Shown in pieces: positions 9,566 to 18,527 of a DNA stretch of 64,000 bases (position 1 is the first letter of the stretch; each line of letters begins with the position of its first letter). Made by a program: the position numbers and the translations under genes. Source of the DNA: Clostridia bacterium (GTDB lineage Bacteria > Bacillota > Clostridia > Oscillospirales > CAG-272). The stretch lies in assembly GCA_017397175.1 (NCBI GenBank), contig JAFQKA010000025.1, forward strand, positions 7,501 through 71,500, in the 5' to 3' direction. Below the pieces are notes generated by a model that had not been told where the DNA came from, did not search any database, and saw only the letters and a list, made by a program, of their open reading frames with translations.

Positions 9566-11197
9566 ATGAAATTGAGAATTTTAAGTATAGTGCTCTGCAT
9601 TGCAATGATTGTTTGCACTTTCGCTTCCTGTTCCAAGAAGAAAGAGGAAGATGACGGTGTTATTTCCGAAACATCTGCCAGAGCGGCGGTTACCCTCAGT
9701 ATGTACGTGATCACCGAGGACGGAACAACCGACGAGGCTGCGGAAGCGGTTGAAAAGGCTATCAACTCCATGACAAAGTCCAAGTATACGACAAAGCTTG
9801 AGATAACATATCTGACCGCGGACGAATATTATGCGGCAGTAGAGTCTCAGTTTGAGACCATGAAGAAGAACGCTGATCCCTCAGCCGCTGATACAGAGGC
9901 GGTCGAAAGCGGTGACGAAACTGCACAAGCTCCCGTTGAGGAAGAGCTTGTTATCGGAGAGAACGGAGTGGCCGAGCTTAGATATCCCACGCTTACCCCC
10001 GGTCAGATCGACATCGTTGTGATCGACGATTACGCAAAGTATACCGAGTACGTTGAAAAGGGTTATCTTGCTTCTCTTGACTCTGCGGTCAAGGGGCTTT
10101 CAAAGAAGCTTACCGACTATATCTACCCCGCAACCCTTGAGGCTGCAAAGGTAGACGGAGTTCTTTACGGTATTCCCAACAACCATCCTATTGCTGCCGA
10201 GGCTACATATATCACGGTCAACCGTGAGCTGGCAGAGGAATTCGGACTTGACTGCGATCTTGTAAAGTCTGTTTCCGATCTTGCCGACTTCCTGGCGTTT
10301 GCGGCAACAAAGGAAGGCGTAACACCTATCCGCAACACTGAAATTGCCCTGAACGACGTTCTTTATATGGGCGCTGATGCGGCAACACGTACTCTTACTT
10401 CTGATTTCTCCCTTGTTGGTCAGTACGGCAAAAATTCAACGGTGACAGCACCCGAGAGCCTCTTTGCAAATCAGGCATACAAGAACGAGCTTCTCGCGCT
10501 TGCAAAGTTTGATTTCGGCGGCTACTATGGAACAGGCGCCGATGAAAAATACGCTATCGAGGTAAAGACAGGCGACCTTGCGGCTATGTGTGCCGACGGC
10601 GCGGATAATGAGATCGTTGTTCTTTGTGCGAAGATGCTTGCAAAAGAAGAGATCTGCGATACTGTTATCGGCGTTTCTGCTTTCACGGATAAGAAGGTGT
10701 TTGACCGCACAATGGAGGTCATAACCTACCTTAACACAAATGAGGATTTCAGAAATCTCTTCCAGTACGGTATCGAGGGAACAAACTATGTCCTTGACGA
10801 GTACACCGATGAGATGATCAAGCTCACAAACGACTATAATATGGATCTTGCCAAGACCGGTAATATGTTTATCGCATATCCCGATGCGGGAATGCCCTTG
10901 AACATCTGGGAAATGGCAAAGAAGCAGAATCTTGCGTCTGTAGCGCAAGTTGACAGTGCCTTTGGCGGATTTGTTATTCCTGCCGACGTTGAAGGTGAGA
11001 CCCCCGTTGATTTCGACAGCGCAAAGGAGCTTGCAAAGACCTCTTCTGCCGTTAAGGCTCAGCTTGACGCCTGCAAGACCTATGAGGAATACGAGGCGAT
11101 CGTAAATTCTGTTGTCCAGACCTACGGCGAGGTAATAAACGGCTTCATCACAGGTGAAAAGACACCCTGTGCCCTGTACATAGCAAGCCTTGGCTGA
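9566..11197 (+). CDS. extracellular solute-binding lipoprotein (ABC-type SBP-like), orphan
   Basis: The track ORF is trimmed to the ATG at 9566 after AAGGAG. Lipobox CTFASC. SBP-like segments IDIVVIDDYAKYTEYVEKGYLASLD and AAKVDGVLYGIPNNH. No permease or ATPase gene is adjacent. Confidence 0.6.
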   Translation: MKLRILSIVLCIAMIVCTFASCSKKKEEDDGVISETSARAAVTLSMYVITEDGTTDEAAEAVEKAINSMTKSKYTTKLEITYLTADEYYAAVESQFETMKKNADPSAADTEAVESGDETAQAPVEEELVIGENGVAELRYPTLTPGQIDIVVIDDYAKYTEYVEKGYLASLDSAVKGLSKKLTDYIYPATLEAAKVDGVLYGIPNNHPIAAEATYITVNRELAEEFGLDCDLVKSVSDLADFLAFAATKEGVTPIRNTEIALNDVLYMGADAATRTLTSDFSLVGQYGKNSTVTAPESLFANQAYKNELLALAKFDFGGYYGTGADEKYAIEVKTGDLAAMCADGADNEIVVLCAKMLAKEEICDTVIGVSAFTDKKVFDRTMEVITYLNTNEDFRNLFQYGIEGTNYVLDEYTDEMIKLTNDYNMDLAKTGNMFIAYPDAGMPLNIWEMAKKQNLASVAQVDSAFGGFVIPADVEGETPVDFDSAKELAKTSSAVKAQLDACKTYEEYEAIVNSVVQTYGEVINGFITGEKTPCALYIASLG

Positions 11198-11202
11198 TAA
11201 AT

Positions 11203-11236
11203 AAAAAACGGGTTGGATCTTTCCAACCCGTTTTTA
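11203..11236 (+). terminator. intrinsic terminator
   Basis: AAAAAACGGGUUGG-AUCUUU-CCAACCCGUUUUU. Confidence 0.8.
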
Positions 11237-11251
11237 AAAAAAGGAAGAATT

Positions 11252-11908
11252 ATGAAGTATACCGATATTTTGTGGGACTTTAACGGCACCATTCTCTCGG
11301 ATATGGAAATAGGGATAGAGAGCGTAAACCTTTTGCTCTCTCAGAGAGGTAAGCGCCCTTTGTCGGGGATTGAAGAATACAGAGGGGTCTTCGGATTTCC
11401 GATTCGGGAGTATTATGAGCGTATCGGCTTTGACTTTTCTGCCGAGCCATACGACGTGTTGGCGCCTCTTTGGGTTGCCGAATACATGAAAAGAATGCCA
11501 AAAGCCAAGGCTTTTGATGACGTTGTCCCCGTGTCTGAGGCGTTCAGGGAGGCGGGGTTGCGGCAGACGGTCATGTCGGCATCCGATCTTGAAATGCTGC
11601 ACGGCCAGCTTGATTTTCTTGGTATTTCGGATCTTTTTGACGACGTTTGGGGGCTTGACAATATAAAAGCCGAGAGCAAGGTTGATATCGCTATGCAATG
11701 GAAGAAGGACAATCCTCGGTCGGTGTCCTTGCTTATCGGAGATACGGTCCACGACGCACAGGTGGCTCATGAGTGCGGATTTGATTGTGTTCTGGTGGCA
11801 AGAGGTCATCAGTCAAGAGCTACTCTTGAAAAAACAGGTTTTCCCGTTGTGGATACACTTTTTCAAGTGCTTGATTACGTAAAAAAAGGAGGACAAAATG
11901 GAACTTAA
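11252..11908 (+). CDS. HAD-superfamily hydrolase (phosphoglycolate-phosphatase-like)
   Basis: Trimmed to the ATG at 11252; the track start lies inside the upstream terminator. Motif I DFNGT and motif IV LLIGDTVHD. Confidence 0.75.
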   Translation: MKYTDILWDFNGTILSDMEIGIESVNLLLSQRGKRPLSGIEEYRGVFGFPIREYYERIGFDFSAEPYDVLAPLWVAEYMKRMPKAKAFDDVVPVSEAFREAGLRQTVMSASDLEMLHGQLDFLGISDLFDDVWGLDNIKAESKVDIAMQWKKDNPRSVSLLIGDTVHDAQVAHECGFDCVLVARGHQSRATLEKTGFPVVDTLFQVLDYVKKGGQNGT

Positions 11909-13016
11909 CGAATGTAAGAAGCTGGGCTTTGGCTGTATGCGCTTCCCAAAGCTGGGTGAGGAGATAGATATAGAGCAGGTAAAGCGTATGTTCGATATTT
12001 TTATGGAGGCGGGCTTTACTTATTTCGATACGGCGCACGTGTATCACAGCGGAAAAAGTGAGCTTGTGGTGCGTGAGTGCCTGACAGAGCGCTATCCAAG
12101 AGAGAAATTCATGCTGACTACCAAGCTGTCCACCTGGAATTTTCAAAAAGAGGAGGATATAATCCCTCTTTTCAACGAACAGCTGCGCGACACCGGTGTG
12201 GAATATTTCGATTATTATCTCATGCACGCCCAGGACAGGGAAGAATATGAAAAATATAAAAAATGCCGCGCCTATGAGATCGCGTCTGAGCTGAAGAAGC
12301 AAGGAAAGATAAAGCATATTGGAATTTCTTTCCATGACAGCGCCGAGGTCCTGCGTAAAATCCTCACAGAGCAGCCGACTATTGAGGCTGTGCAGATACA
12401 GTTCAACTATGTGGATTACCTTAACCCCGAGGTTGACGGTAAGGGAGTTTACCAGGTCTGCCGCGAATTCGGTAAGGATATTATCATAATGGAGCCTGTC
12501 AAGGGCGGTTATCTTGCTAATCTTCCCGATGAGGCAAAGGAGACTCTTGCTGTGGCAGGTGAGGGAAGTCCCGCGTCCTACGCTGTGCGCTATGCCGCAG
12601 GCTTTGAGGGTGTGAAGATGGTCCTTTCGGGCATGAGTGATATCGCTCAGGTGGAAGATAACGTGGCGACGATGAAGGATTTTCAGCCTTTGAGCGAGGA
12701 AGAGCAGGCGGTGATTGAAAAGACCCGCGATCTGCTTATCGGAATGAACAGGATCGAGTGTACAGCCTGCCGTTATTGTACCGACGGCTGCCCTATGAAT
12801 ATTTCAATTCCCGATATTTTTGCTCTTTATAACTCCAAGACTTGCTACAAAAATTGGGGTACGGAAGGCGAATATGACAAGTTGACGGAAAAGGGCGGTA
12901 AGGCCTGCGAATGTATCGAATGCGGTCAGTGCGAGAGCGCTTGCCCTCAGCACCTGCCTGTAATCGAGCTTCTCAAAAAGGTCTCTGAAAAGTATGATAA
13001 CAGAGATAAGAAATGA
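11898..13016 (+). CDS. aldo/keto reductase with C-terminal 4Fe-4S ferredoxin domain
   Basis: 372 aa. LGFGCMRFP and FDTAHVYHSGKSE, plus CTACRYCTDGCP and CIECGQCESACP. The start overlaps the HAD gene by 11 nt. Confidence 0.8.
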   Translation: MELNECKKLGFGCMRFPKLGEEIDIEQVKRMFDIFMEAGFTYFDTAHVYHSGKSELVVRECLTERYPREKFMLTTKLSTWNFQKEEDIIPLFNEQLRDTGVEYFDYYLMHAQDREEYEKYKKCRAYEIASELKKQGKIKHIGISFHDSAEVLRKILTEQPTIEAVQIQFNYVDYLNPEVDGKGVYQVCREFGKDIIIMEPVKGGYLANLPDEAKETLAVAGEGSPASYAVRYAAGFEGVKMVLSGMSDIAQVEDNVATMKDFQPLSEEEQAVIEKTRDLLIGMNRIECTACRYCTDGCPMNISIPDIFALYNSKTCYKNWGTEGEYDKLTEKGGKACECIECGQCESACPQHLPVIELLKKVSEKYDNRDKK

Positions 13017-13025
13017 GGTGATCTT

Positions 13026-13772
13026 GTGTCCGATAAAAAAGAAAAGGAGCAGGGCGGAGAGATAGTTTACGAAAGTAAGCTCTCCCGATGGCTTGATAAC
13101 TACTGGTATCATTACAAGTGGGCAACGATCGGTGTTGTTTTTGCACTTGTGGTTATACTTATCTGCACTCTGCAGACCTGCAACAAGGATAAAAATGACG
13201 TAAGCGTTCTCTATGCAGGTCCCGAATATTTTATGTTCAACGGCGAGGGCGTTGACAATATTGAAAGCGCCCTTGAATACGTGCTTCCCGACGAGCTGGC
13301 GGGTAAGGATGAAAAAAAGACGGTGGCGTTAGTCTATCATCAGATCTTTTCCGAGGATGAGATAAAGGCCATAAAGGCAGAGGCTGAGAAGAACGGCGAG
13401 GAGGCATATATTGACGTCAATTTTAATTCTCAGAATCTCAAGGCATTTCAAAATATCATTTTGGCGGGTGAATATTCGGTCTGCCTGCTGTCCCCTTATC
13501 TTTATGAGATGGTACAGGAGTCAGGCGGCTTCAGGCTTCTTTCAGACGTTTTGGGCTATACCCCCGAGGGGGCTGTTGACGAATGCGGCGTGCGGTTGTG
13601 TGATACCGCATTCGGTCAGTATTATCCCGGGGTAAAGGACCTGCCAAAGGATACGATACTCTGCCTTCGCTCGGACGTGAGCGTTGGATCCTTTGTGGGC
13701 GGCAAAAAGAATAAGGAACAGTATAAAAAATCCGAAATGCTGTTTCGTGCCATAATTGAATTTGAGGAATAA
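13026..13772 (+). CDS. hypothetical membrane-anchored protein
   Basis: GTG start. One N-terminal TM segment (WATIGVVFALVVILICTL). No motif recognised. Confidence 0.5.
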   Translation: MSDKKEKEQGGEIVYESKLSRWLDNYWYHYKWATIGVVFALVVILICTLQTCNKDKNDVSVLYAGPEYFMFNGEGVDNIESALEYVLPDELAGKDEKKTVALVYHQIFSEDEIKAIKAEAEKNGEEAYIDVNFNSQNLKAFQNIILAGEYSVCLLSPYLYEMVQESGGFRLLSDVLGYTPEGAVDECGVRLCDTAFGQYYPGVKDLPKDTILCLRSDVSVGSFVGGKKNKEQYKKSEMLFRAIIEFEE

Positions 13773-13802
13773 AAAATTCGAGGCTTTGGCCTCGAATTTT
13801 TT
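13771..13802. terminator. bidirectional terminator between convergent genes
   Basis: AAAAAATTCGAGGC-TTTG-GCCTCGAATTTTTT, a perfect 14-bp stem flanked by A and T runs. Confidence 0.8.
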
Positions 13803-14517
13803 ATACTATCATGCTTATAAGGTAAATTATGACCATATGCAACGGATAGAAAATATAAAACGAATATTTTGGCATCTTAAAGCCACGTTGACCGTTGTAA
13901 AGTGCCAGAGGGGCAAGAGAGAGCAGACAGTAGGGCTGAATCCAGCCGATGTCAAGGGACAAAATAAGAAGTCCTGCACCGAATGCCCAAAATCTCGGGT
14001 CAAAAAGAAGTATTTTTTCTTTTTGGGCGGGAAACAGTATTTCACTTATACACGGAAAAACGGGAAGCATTATGCCGAAAAATCCGTAGTCCACGGTGAA
14101 TCTTTTTGTGAACAGCCAAAAGCTTACCATGCAAGAAGCAAAAAGTAGCAGACAGGCGGCCTTTGAGGCCCTGTCCTTTCTTTTCTTTGCCTCAAAAAGA
14201 AGAAGTATCAGCAAGATTGAGCAGGAAAAGGTGATAAGAGAATTGAAATACAGATCGCCTGTGGCGAATGCGGACACCGCCGTTGTGACGATGCCTAAAA
14301 TCAGGATTCTTAATAGATAATCCAAAGGCTTTTTGGTATATTTACAACCCTCGCAGATCATAAAGGAAAAGATCGGAAACGCAAGTCTCCCGATGATCCG
14401 CAGGATCTCGTTTTCGGGAAATATCAGCATTCCCGTGTGGTCTATCACCATAGAGACCGCCGCCAAAACCTTCAGACAGTTGCCTGAAAGTGATATGGAT
14501 CTTTGCTCGTTTGCCAT
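13801..14517 (-). CDS. TraX family membrane protein
   Basis: 238 aa, polytopic. N-terminal LKVLAAVSMVIDHTGMLIF is typical of the TraX family. Confidence 0.7.
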   Translation of the reverse strand: MANEQRSISLSGNCLKVLAAVSMVIDHTGMLIFPENEILRIIGRLAFPIFSFMICEGCKYTKKPLDYLLRILILGIVTTAVSAFATGDLYFNSLITFSCSILLILLLFEAKKRKDRASKAACLLLFASCMVSFWLFTKRFTVDYGFFGIMLPVFPCISEILFPAQKEKILLFDPRFWAFGAGLLILSLDIGWIQPYCLLSLAPLALYNGQRGFKMPKYSFYIFYPLHMVIIYLISMIV

Positions 14518-14578
14518 ATTTTCTCCTTTCCTCTATATTTTAAACCGACCGTTCATTCTCGGAACGGTCGGTTATTAT

Positions 14579-15385
14579 TCAGAATCTGCCGCTTGAGCTT
14601 CTGCCCGAGCCGCCGCTGAATCCTCTGCCCGAGGAGCCGTTTGACTGGGGCTTGGGTGTTTTTGACACCGTTCTGTAAAGAAACCTGTCACTTGAGGTGC
14701 GCAGAGCAAGACTGCCGTCAATAACGTAGTCACCTGCATAGTTCCGGCTTTTTACCGTCTTCATGCCGCTTTGCATGATCAGCATAGCCACAAGGGCAAG
14801 AACAAGTCCTATTGCAACACAGATCACGTAGTGTGAAAGTGGACGGCTGCCCTCGCTTATAGTTACACTTCCGTCCGATGAAACGTGGATCTGAGGAGCA
14901 AAATCCTCACCGTCGTATATTTCGCCCGAATCATTATAGGCGTCTATGGCGTCCCTGCTCAGGGATGCGAATACCGAAAAAGCGGTAAGATATTCTCCGT
15001 CGGTCAGATATGGGATAACGGCTTCCTCGATATAATCGAGTCCCGCGTCGTCGATCATGTTCTGCACGGTGCCACATTTTGTGAGACAGTATTCTCTTGT
15101 GCTCATGGAAACGACCAATAGGATCCCGTCCTCCATGAAGCCCTCGTCACAGAACGCTTCGGTATACGATTCTATATCGCTTCCATGATAGAAATCGATT
15201 GTCATAACCGCAATGTCCGTTTTTGCATGGTCGCTCATCTCTTCAAGGAGAGCCGACAGCGTGATTTCTTCATCGGCCGAGAGCAGATCCGCATTGTCCG
15301 AAAGCAGAGGACTTTGGGCTGTGGCAACGAGAGAAAGTGAGATGACGATAGCTATAACGAGGATAGGGTAAAACAGCTTTTTCAT
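14579..15385 (-). CDS. TPM-domain membrane protein (YgcG/YdjH-like)
   Basis: Signal peptide, a TPM-like LLSADEEITLSALLEEMSDHAKTDIAVMTI, a TM segment, and a Gly/Ser/Arg-rich tail GSSGRGFSGGSGRSSSGRF. Confidence 0.7.
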   Translation of the reverse strand: MKKLFYPILVIAIVISLSLVATAQSPLLSDNADLLSADEEITLSALLEEMSDHAKTDIAVMTIDFYHGSDIESYTEAFCDEGFMEDGILLVVSMSTREYCLTKCGTVQNMIDDAGLDYIEEAVIPYLTDGEYLTAFSVFASLSRDAIDAYNDSGEIYDGEDFAPQIHVSSDGSVTISEGSRPLSHYVICVAIGLVLALVAMLIMQSGMKTVKSRNYAGDYVIDGSLALRTSSDRFLYRTVSKTPKPQSNGSSGRGFSGGSGRSSSGRF

Positions 15386-15394
15386 AGTCTCACC

Positions 15395-16468
15395 TCACAG
15401 AAAAAAGTGCATGATCAGCACTGCCGCCGCAGAGAATATTCCCGCGAAAAGTGCGAACCATCTTGCCCATGCCCCTCGGTCAATAGGAAGATTTCCGACA
15501 AATTTTCCCGTTTGTCCGTTCATGGCAAAAACGTATTTTTTATCCTTCCAGGTGGTATTAAGAAGCCAGACCGGATAAAGCGCGTATTTTGCCTGAGCGT
15601 CCTCCAGGGAAACGCCGCTTGACTGGGTCACAAGGGTAGAGTAACCGTGAACGGTCCTTCTGAATTCGGATTCGGTCGACGCTTTTATTCTCTCGTTTGC
15701 GCGAAGAGAACTTTCCTGACTTGAAACGTCGTATTTATCCGCGAAAAAGCCTGACAGATAGGCGGTCTTGAAATCCACTGCATCGGAAAAGTTGTAAGGC
15801 TCAAGGGACTCCATCAGATCGTTGTCCATGCGGACGGAACCGTCGACGGGCACGTTGCGAAAGCCCAATTTTCCCGCTCTGCGGATTGCATAATGTGATG
15901 TTACGGTGTAATTGTACTTGCTGTCACTGTGAAAACGCGTTCTGGTTCCCCGGTAGGTAATATCCGCGTCAGCCGTTGCGCTGAAAAGCCAGAACGGCAC
16001 ATAAATTCCCTTTATTTCATCTATGTGATTTTCGGTTCTGAAAACCTTGGGAAGGAGCTTTTTGCCAGACAGGTGCTTCATATACGCTGCCTTTGCCGCA
16101 TCGCGGTCAAGCTTGAAGGGAATAACGTAATCGGGCTTCAGCTCTCCCGCAAACCTGCTTTTCATGACCACGGGATTGTCGCAGAACGGGCAGAATGTTG
16201 CACCCGTCACGTCTTCTCCCACAATCTCACCGCCGCAGGAATTGCAAACGAAAATATTTATCCCCTGTGCCTCCGTGTCGTCGATCACCTCGTCGTTTTT
16301 TGACCATTCCATGCGATCGTCTTTGGTTTTCAGCTCCTCGTCGAGACCGTCCAGGGCGTCCACGTCGAATTCTGTGTCGCAATAAGGACACTTCATGTTC
16401 TGTTCTTTTGTGTTGAATTCAACCGAAGCTCCGCAACCGGGACACTTGTATTCAAGTAATTGGCTCAT
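15395..16468 (-). CDS. double zinc-ribbon membrane protein (YdjG-like)
   Basis: CPGCG...CPYCD and CNSCGG...CPFCD, plus a C-terminal TM segment. It lies between the SPFH and TPM genes. Confidence 0.6.
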   Translation of the reverse strand: MSQLLEYKCPGCGASVEFNTKEQNMKCPYCDTEFDVDALDGLDEELKTKDDRMEWSKNDEVIDDTEAQGINIFVCNSCGGEIVGEDVTGATFCPFCDNPVVMKSRFAGELKPDYVIPFKLDRDAAKAAYMKHLSGKKLLPKVFRTENHIDEIKGIYVPFWLFSATADADITYRGTRTRFHSDSKYNYTVTSHYAIRRAGKLGFRNVPVDGSVRMDNDLMESLEPYNFSDAVDFKTAYLSGFFADKYDVSSQESSLRANERIKASTESEFRRTVHGYSTLVTQSSGVSLEDAQAKYALYPVWLLNTTWKDKKYVFAMNGQTGKFVGNLPIDRGAWARWFALFAGIFSAAAVLIMHFFL

Positions 16469-16504
16469 GAGTTATCCTCCGAGTTTTTTACTTTGCCGAT
16501 CCGA

Positions 16505-17761
16505 TCAGGGTCTCTTTGAGCCGCAATTCGTGCAGAAATTGCCTGTGTTTTCGGTGCCGCAAGCACACTTCCAGCCGCTTTCGGGCTTCTTTGCGCCGCA
16601 CTCGGAGCAGAATTTGCCCTCATTTACTTTTCCGCATGAGCATTTCCAACCGTTCTCGGGTCTTTTTGAGCCGCAATTTGTGCAGAAATTACCTGTATTT
16701 TCCGTGCCGCAAGCGCACTTCCAGCCGTTCTGCGGCTGAGATGCCTTGTTTTGCTGTGCCATGTCAAAAAGATTCTGCGCCATAGCGGAATTGCCGCTAT
16801 TCATCGCCATTCCCATACCCATAAAGCCTGTCATAGCTCCCGCGTCGTTCTTGGCGGCCTCGGTCATAGCCTCTGCCTGCGCGCCGATAAGAGTTGCCGC
16901 CGCCATACCGGGATCGCGGTTGATCGCTCTTCTCTGCGCGTCCTGAATGATCTCCATATCATCGTCGGGAACGGTGGGAGGATTAAGAGCAATAGATACT
17001 ACCTCGATACCTCTCAGCTCTGCCCATTTCTTTGACAGCGCCTCGTTTACAGCGTCTTTCAGCTCGACTGTGTGACCGGGCAGGGCGCTGGGACGGATCT
17101 CAAGGGCGGAAAGCTTTGCAAAGGAGGGCTGAAGAGCGTCCACAAATTCAATTTTAAGCTGAGATTCGATCTCGCTCTTGCGGTATTCGTTTGTTACGTT
17201 TCCGCAAACGTTGGTATAGAAGAGAATGGGGTTCGCGATCTTGTAAGAATAGATACCGTTGCAACGGACCGCCGTGTCAAGATCAAGACCGATGTTTCTG
17301 TCAACTACGCGGAAGGGAATGGGGTTCTGCGTTCCGAATTTGTTGTCCACGATCTCCTTCGTGTTGAAATAGTAAACTCTCTGGTCAACTCCTGCGTCAC
17401 CGCCCATGGCGAAGCGACGTCCGATGGTCTTGAAGGTGTCGATGATGGACTGACCCAGATTTCCTGCGAAAATGCTGGGAGCTATGGTGTTGTCGTATGT
17501 AAACTGACCCGGCTCCGCGCAGATCTCCACGACCTTGCCCTGTTCAACTATGATCATACACTGACCGTCCGCTACGGCGATCCCGGAGCCGTTTGAGATC
17601 ACGTTGTCGTTGCCCTTGGTGTTTGAGGACTTGCCTCCAACGCTTTTTTGTCCTCTTACCACGAGAACGTCGTTGTCAATAGCGTCGCAATAGAAAAATT
17701 CCTTCCACTGGTCGGCTAAAGTTGTGCCGATGGCGGAAATACCTGCTTTAATAAGTCCCAT
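16505..17761 (-). CDS. SPFH/Band-7 family protein with C-terminal zinc ribbons (YdjI / COG4260-like)
   Basis: 418 aa. The N-terminus MGLIKAGISAIGTTLADQWKEFFYCD is typical of this family, and three GWKCxCG...FCxxCG repeats follow at the C-terminus. Confidence 0.8.
   Translation of the reverse strand: MGLIKAGISAIGTTLADQWKEFFYCDAIDNDVLVVRGQKSVGGKSSNTKGNDNVISNGSGIAVADGQCMIIVEQGKVVEICAEPGQFTYDNTIAPSIFAGNLGQSIIDTFKTIGRRFAMGGDAGVDQRVYYFNTKEIVDNKFGTQNPIPFRVVDRNIGLDLDTAVRCNGIYSYKIANPILFYTNVCGNVTNEYRKSEIESQLKIEFVDALQPSFAKLSALEIRPSALPGHTVELKDAVNEALSKKWAELRGIEVVSIALNPPTVPDDDMEIIQDAQRRAINRDPGMAAATLIGAQAEAMTEAAKNDAGAMTGFMGMGMAMNSGNSAMAQNLFDMAQQNKASQPQNGWKCACGTENTGNFCTNCGSKRPENGWKCSCGKVNEGKFCSECGAKKPESGWKCACGTENTGNFCTNCGSKRP
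16508..16732 (-). repeat. three tandem 75-nt (25-codon) zinc-ribbon coding repeats
   Basis: Units at 16658-16732, 16583-16657 and 16508-16582. Units 1 and 3 encode the identical GWKCACGTENTGNFCTNCGSKRP, with 6 synonymous and 0 nonsynonymous differences by my count. Confidence 0.9.
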
Positions 17762-17817
17762 AATATTTATCCTTTCGTAAAAATTATTTTTTGTTGTAGG
17801 AAATATCCTATGTAAAT

Positions 17818-17846
17818 ATTCTACACAAAATGTTGCTCGAAATCAA
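17818..17846 (-). promoter_or_regulatory. sigma-A type promoter for the SPFH operon
   Basis: On the minus strand, TTGATT, a 17-nt spacer, then TAGAAT. Confidence 0.45.
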
Positions 17847-17887
17847 GAGTATTTCCGCAGATTTGCAAGGAATTTTGTAAAAAATAC

Positions 17888-17916
17888 TTTACAAATAACT
17901 ATAAATAAAGTATAAT
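17888..17916 (+). promoter_or_regulatory. sigma-A type promoter for nudF-miaB
   Basis: TTTACA, a 17-nt spacer, then TATAAT. Confidence 0.5.
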
Positions 17917-17946
17917 ATACAATGTATTACTATGCGGAGGTGTGCC

Positions 17947-18504
17947 GTGACGGATCTGACAGAAAAGAAAATAAGCTCCGAGAAAATTTTTGACGGTAAA
18001 GTGTTGCACGTTGCCGTTGACCGTGTTTTGCTTCCGAACGGAGAAGAAGGCATACGCGAGATAGTTCTCCATCGAGGCGCTGTGGCGGTCATTCCTCTGA
18101 CCGATGACGAGGATGTCATTTGCGTCCGCCAATTCAGATACGTACATGGACAGGTCTTGCTTGAGATCCCCGCCGGAAAGCTGGAGGAGAGCGATATAGA
18201 CGTGAGAGAGGCGGCGTTGCGAGAGCTTGAAGAGGAGACGGGCGCAAGCTGTGAGAGCCTTGAGGAAATGGGAGTTTTTTATCCCACTCCTGCAATATGC
18301 TCGGAAAAGATCCACCTTTTCATGGCAAGAGGACTGAAATTCGGAGAAACTCACCCCGATGACGACGAATTTCTTGAAATCGAGCGGATCCCGCTGAAGA
18401 CACTCGTAAAAATGGTAATGCGAGGCGAGGTGCCCGATTCAAAGACACAGGCATGCGTTCTGCGCGCGTGGCTGGCTCTTCACCCGGGCGAACTTGCGGA
18501 CTGA
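17947..18504 (+). CDS. NUDIX hydrolase (ADP-ribose pyrophosphatase-like)
   Basis: I prefer the GTG at 17947 (GGAGG then 6 nt) over the track ATG at 17932, which contains the SD. Nudix box GKLEESDIDVREAALRELEEETG. Confidence 0.8.
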   Translation: MTDLTEKKISSEKIFDGKVLHVAVDRVLLPNGEEGIREIVLHRGAVAVIPLTDDEDVICVRQFRYVHGQVLLEIPAGKLEESDIDVREAALRELEEETGASCESLEEMGVFYPTPAICSEKIHLFMARGLKFGETHPDDDEFLEIERIPLKTLVKMVMRGEVPDSKTQACVLRAWLALHPGELAD

Positions 18505-18527
18505 AAATAAAATGAAAACGAGATAAC

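Noticed and set aside
16395-16739. 114-aa plus-strand ORF with internal repeats (FEPQFVQKLPVFSVPQAHFQP twice)
   Set aside because: It mirrors the triplicated zinc-ribbon coding repeats on the minus strand. The repeats belong to the SPFH gene.
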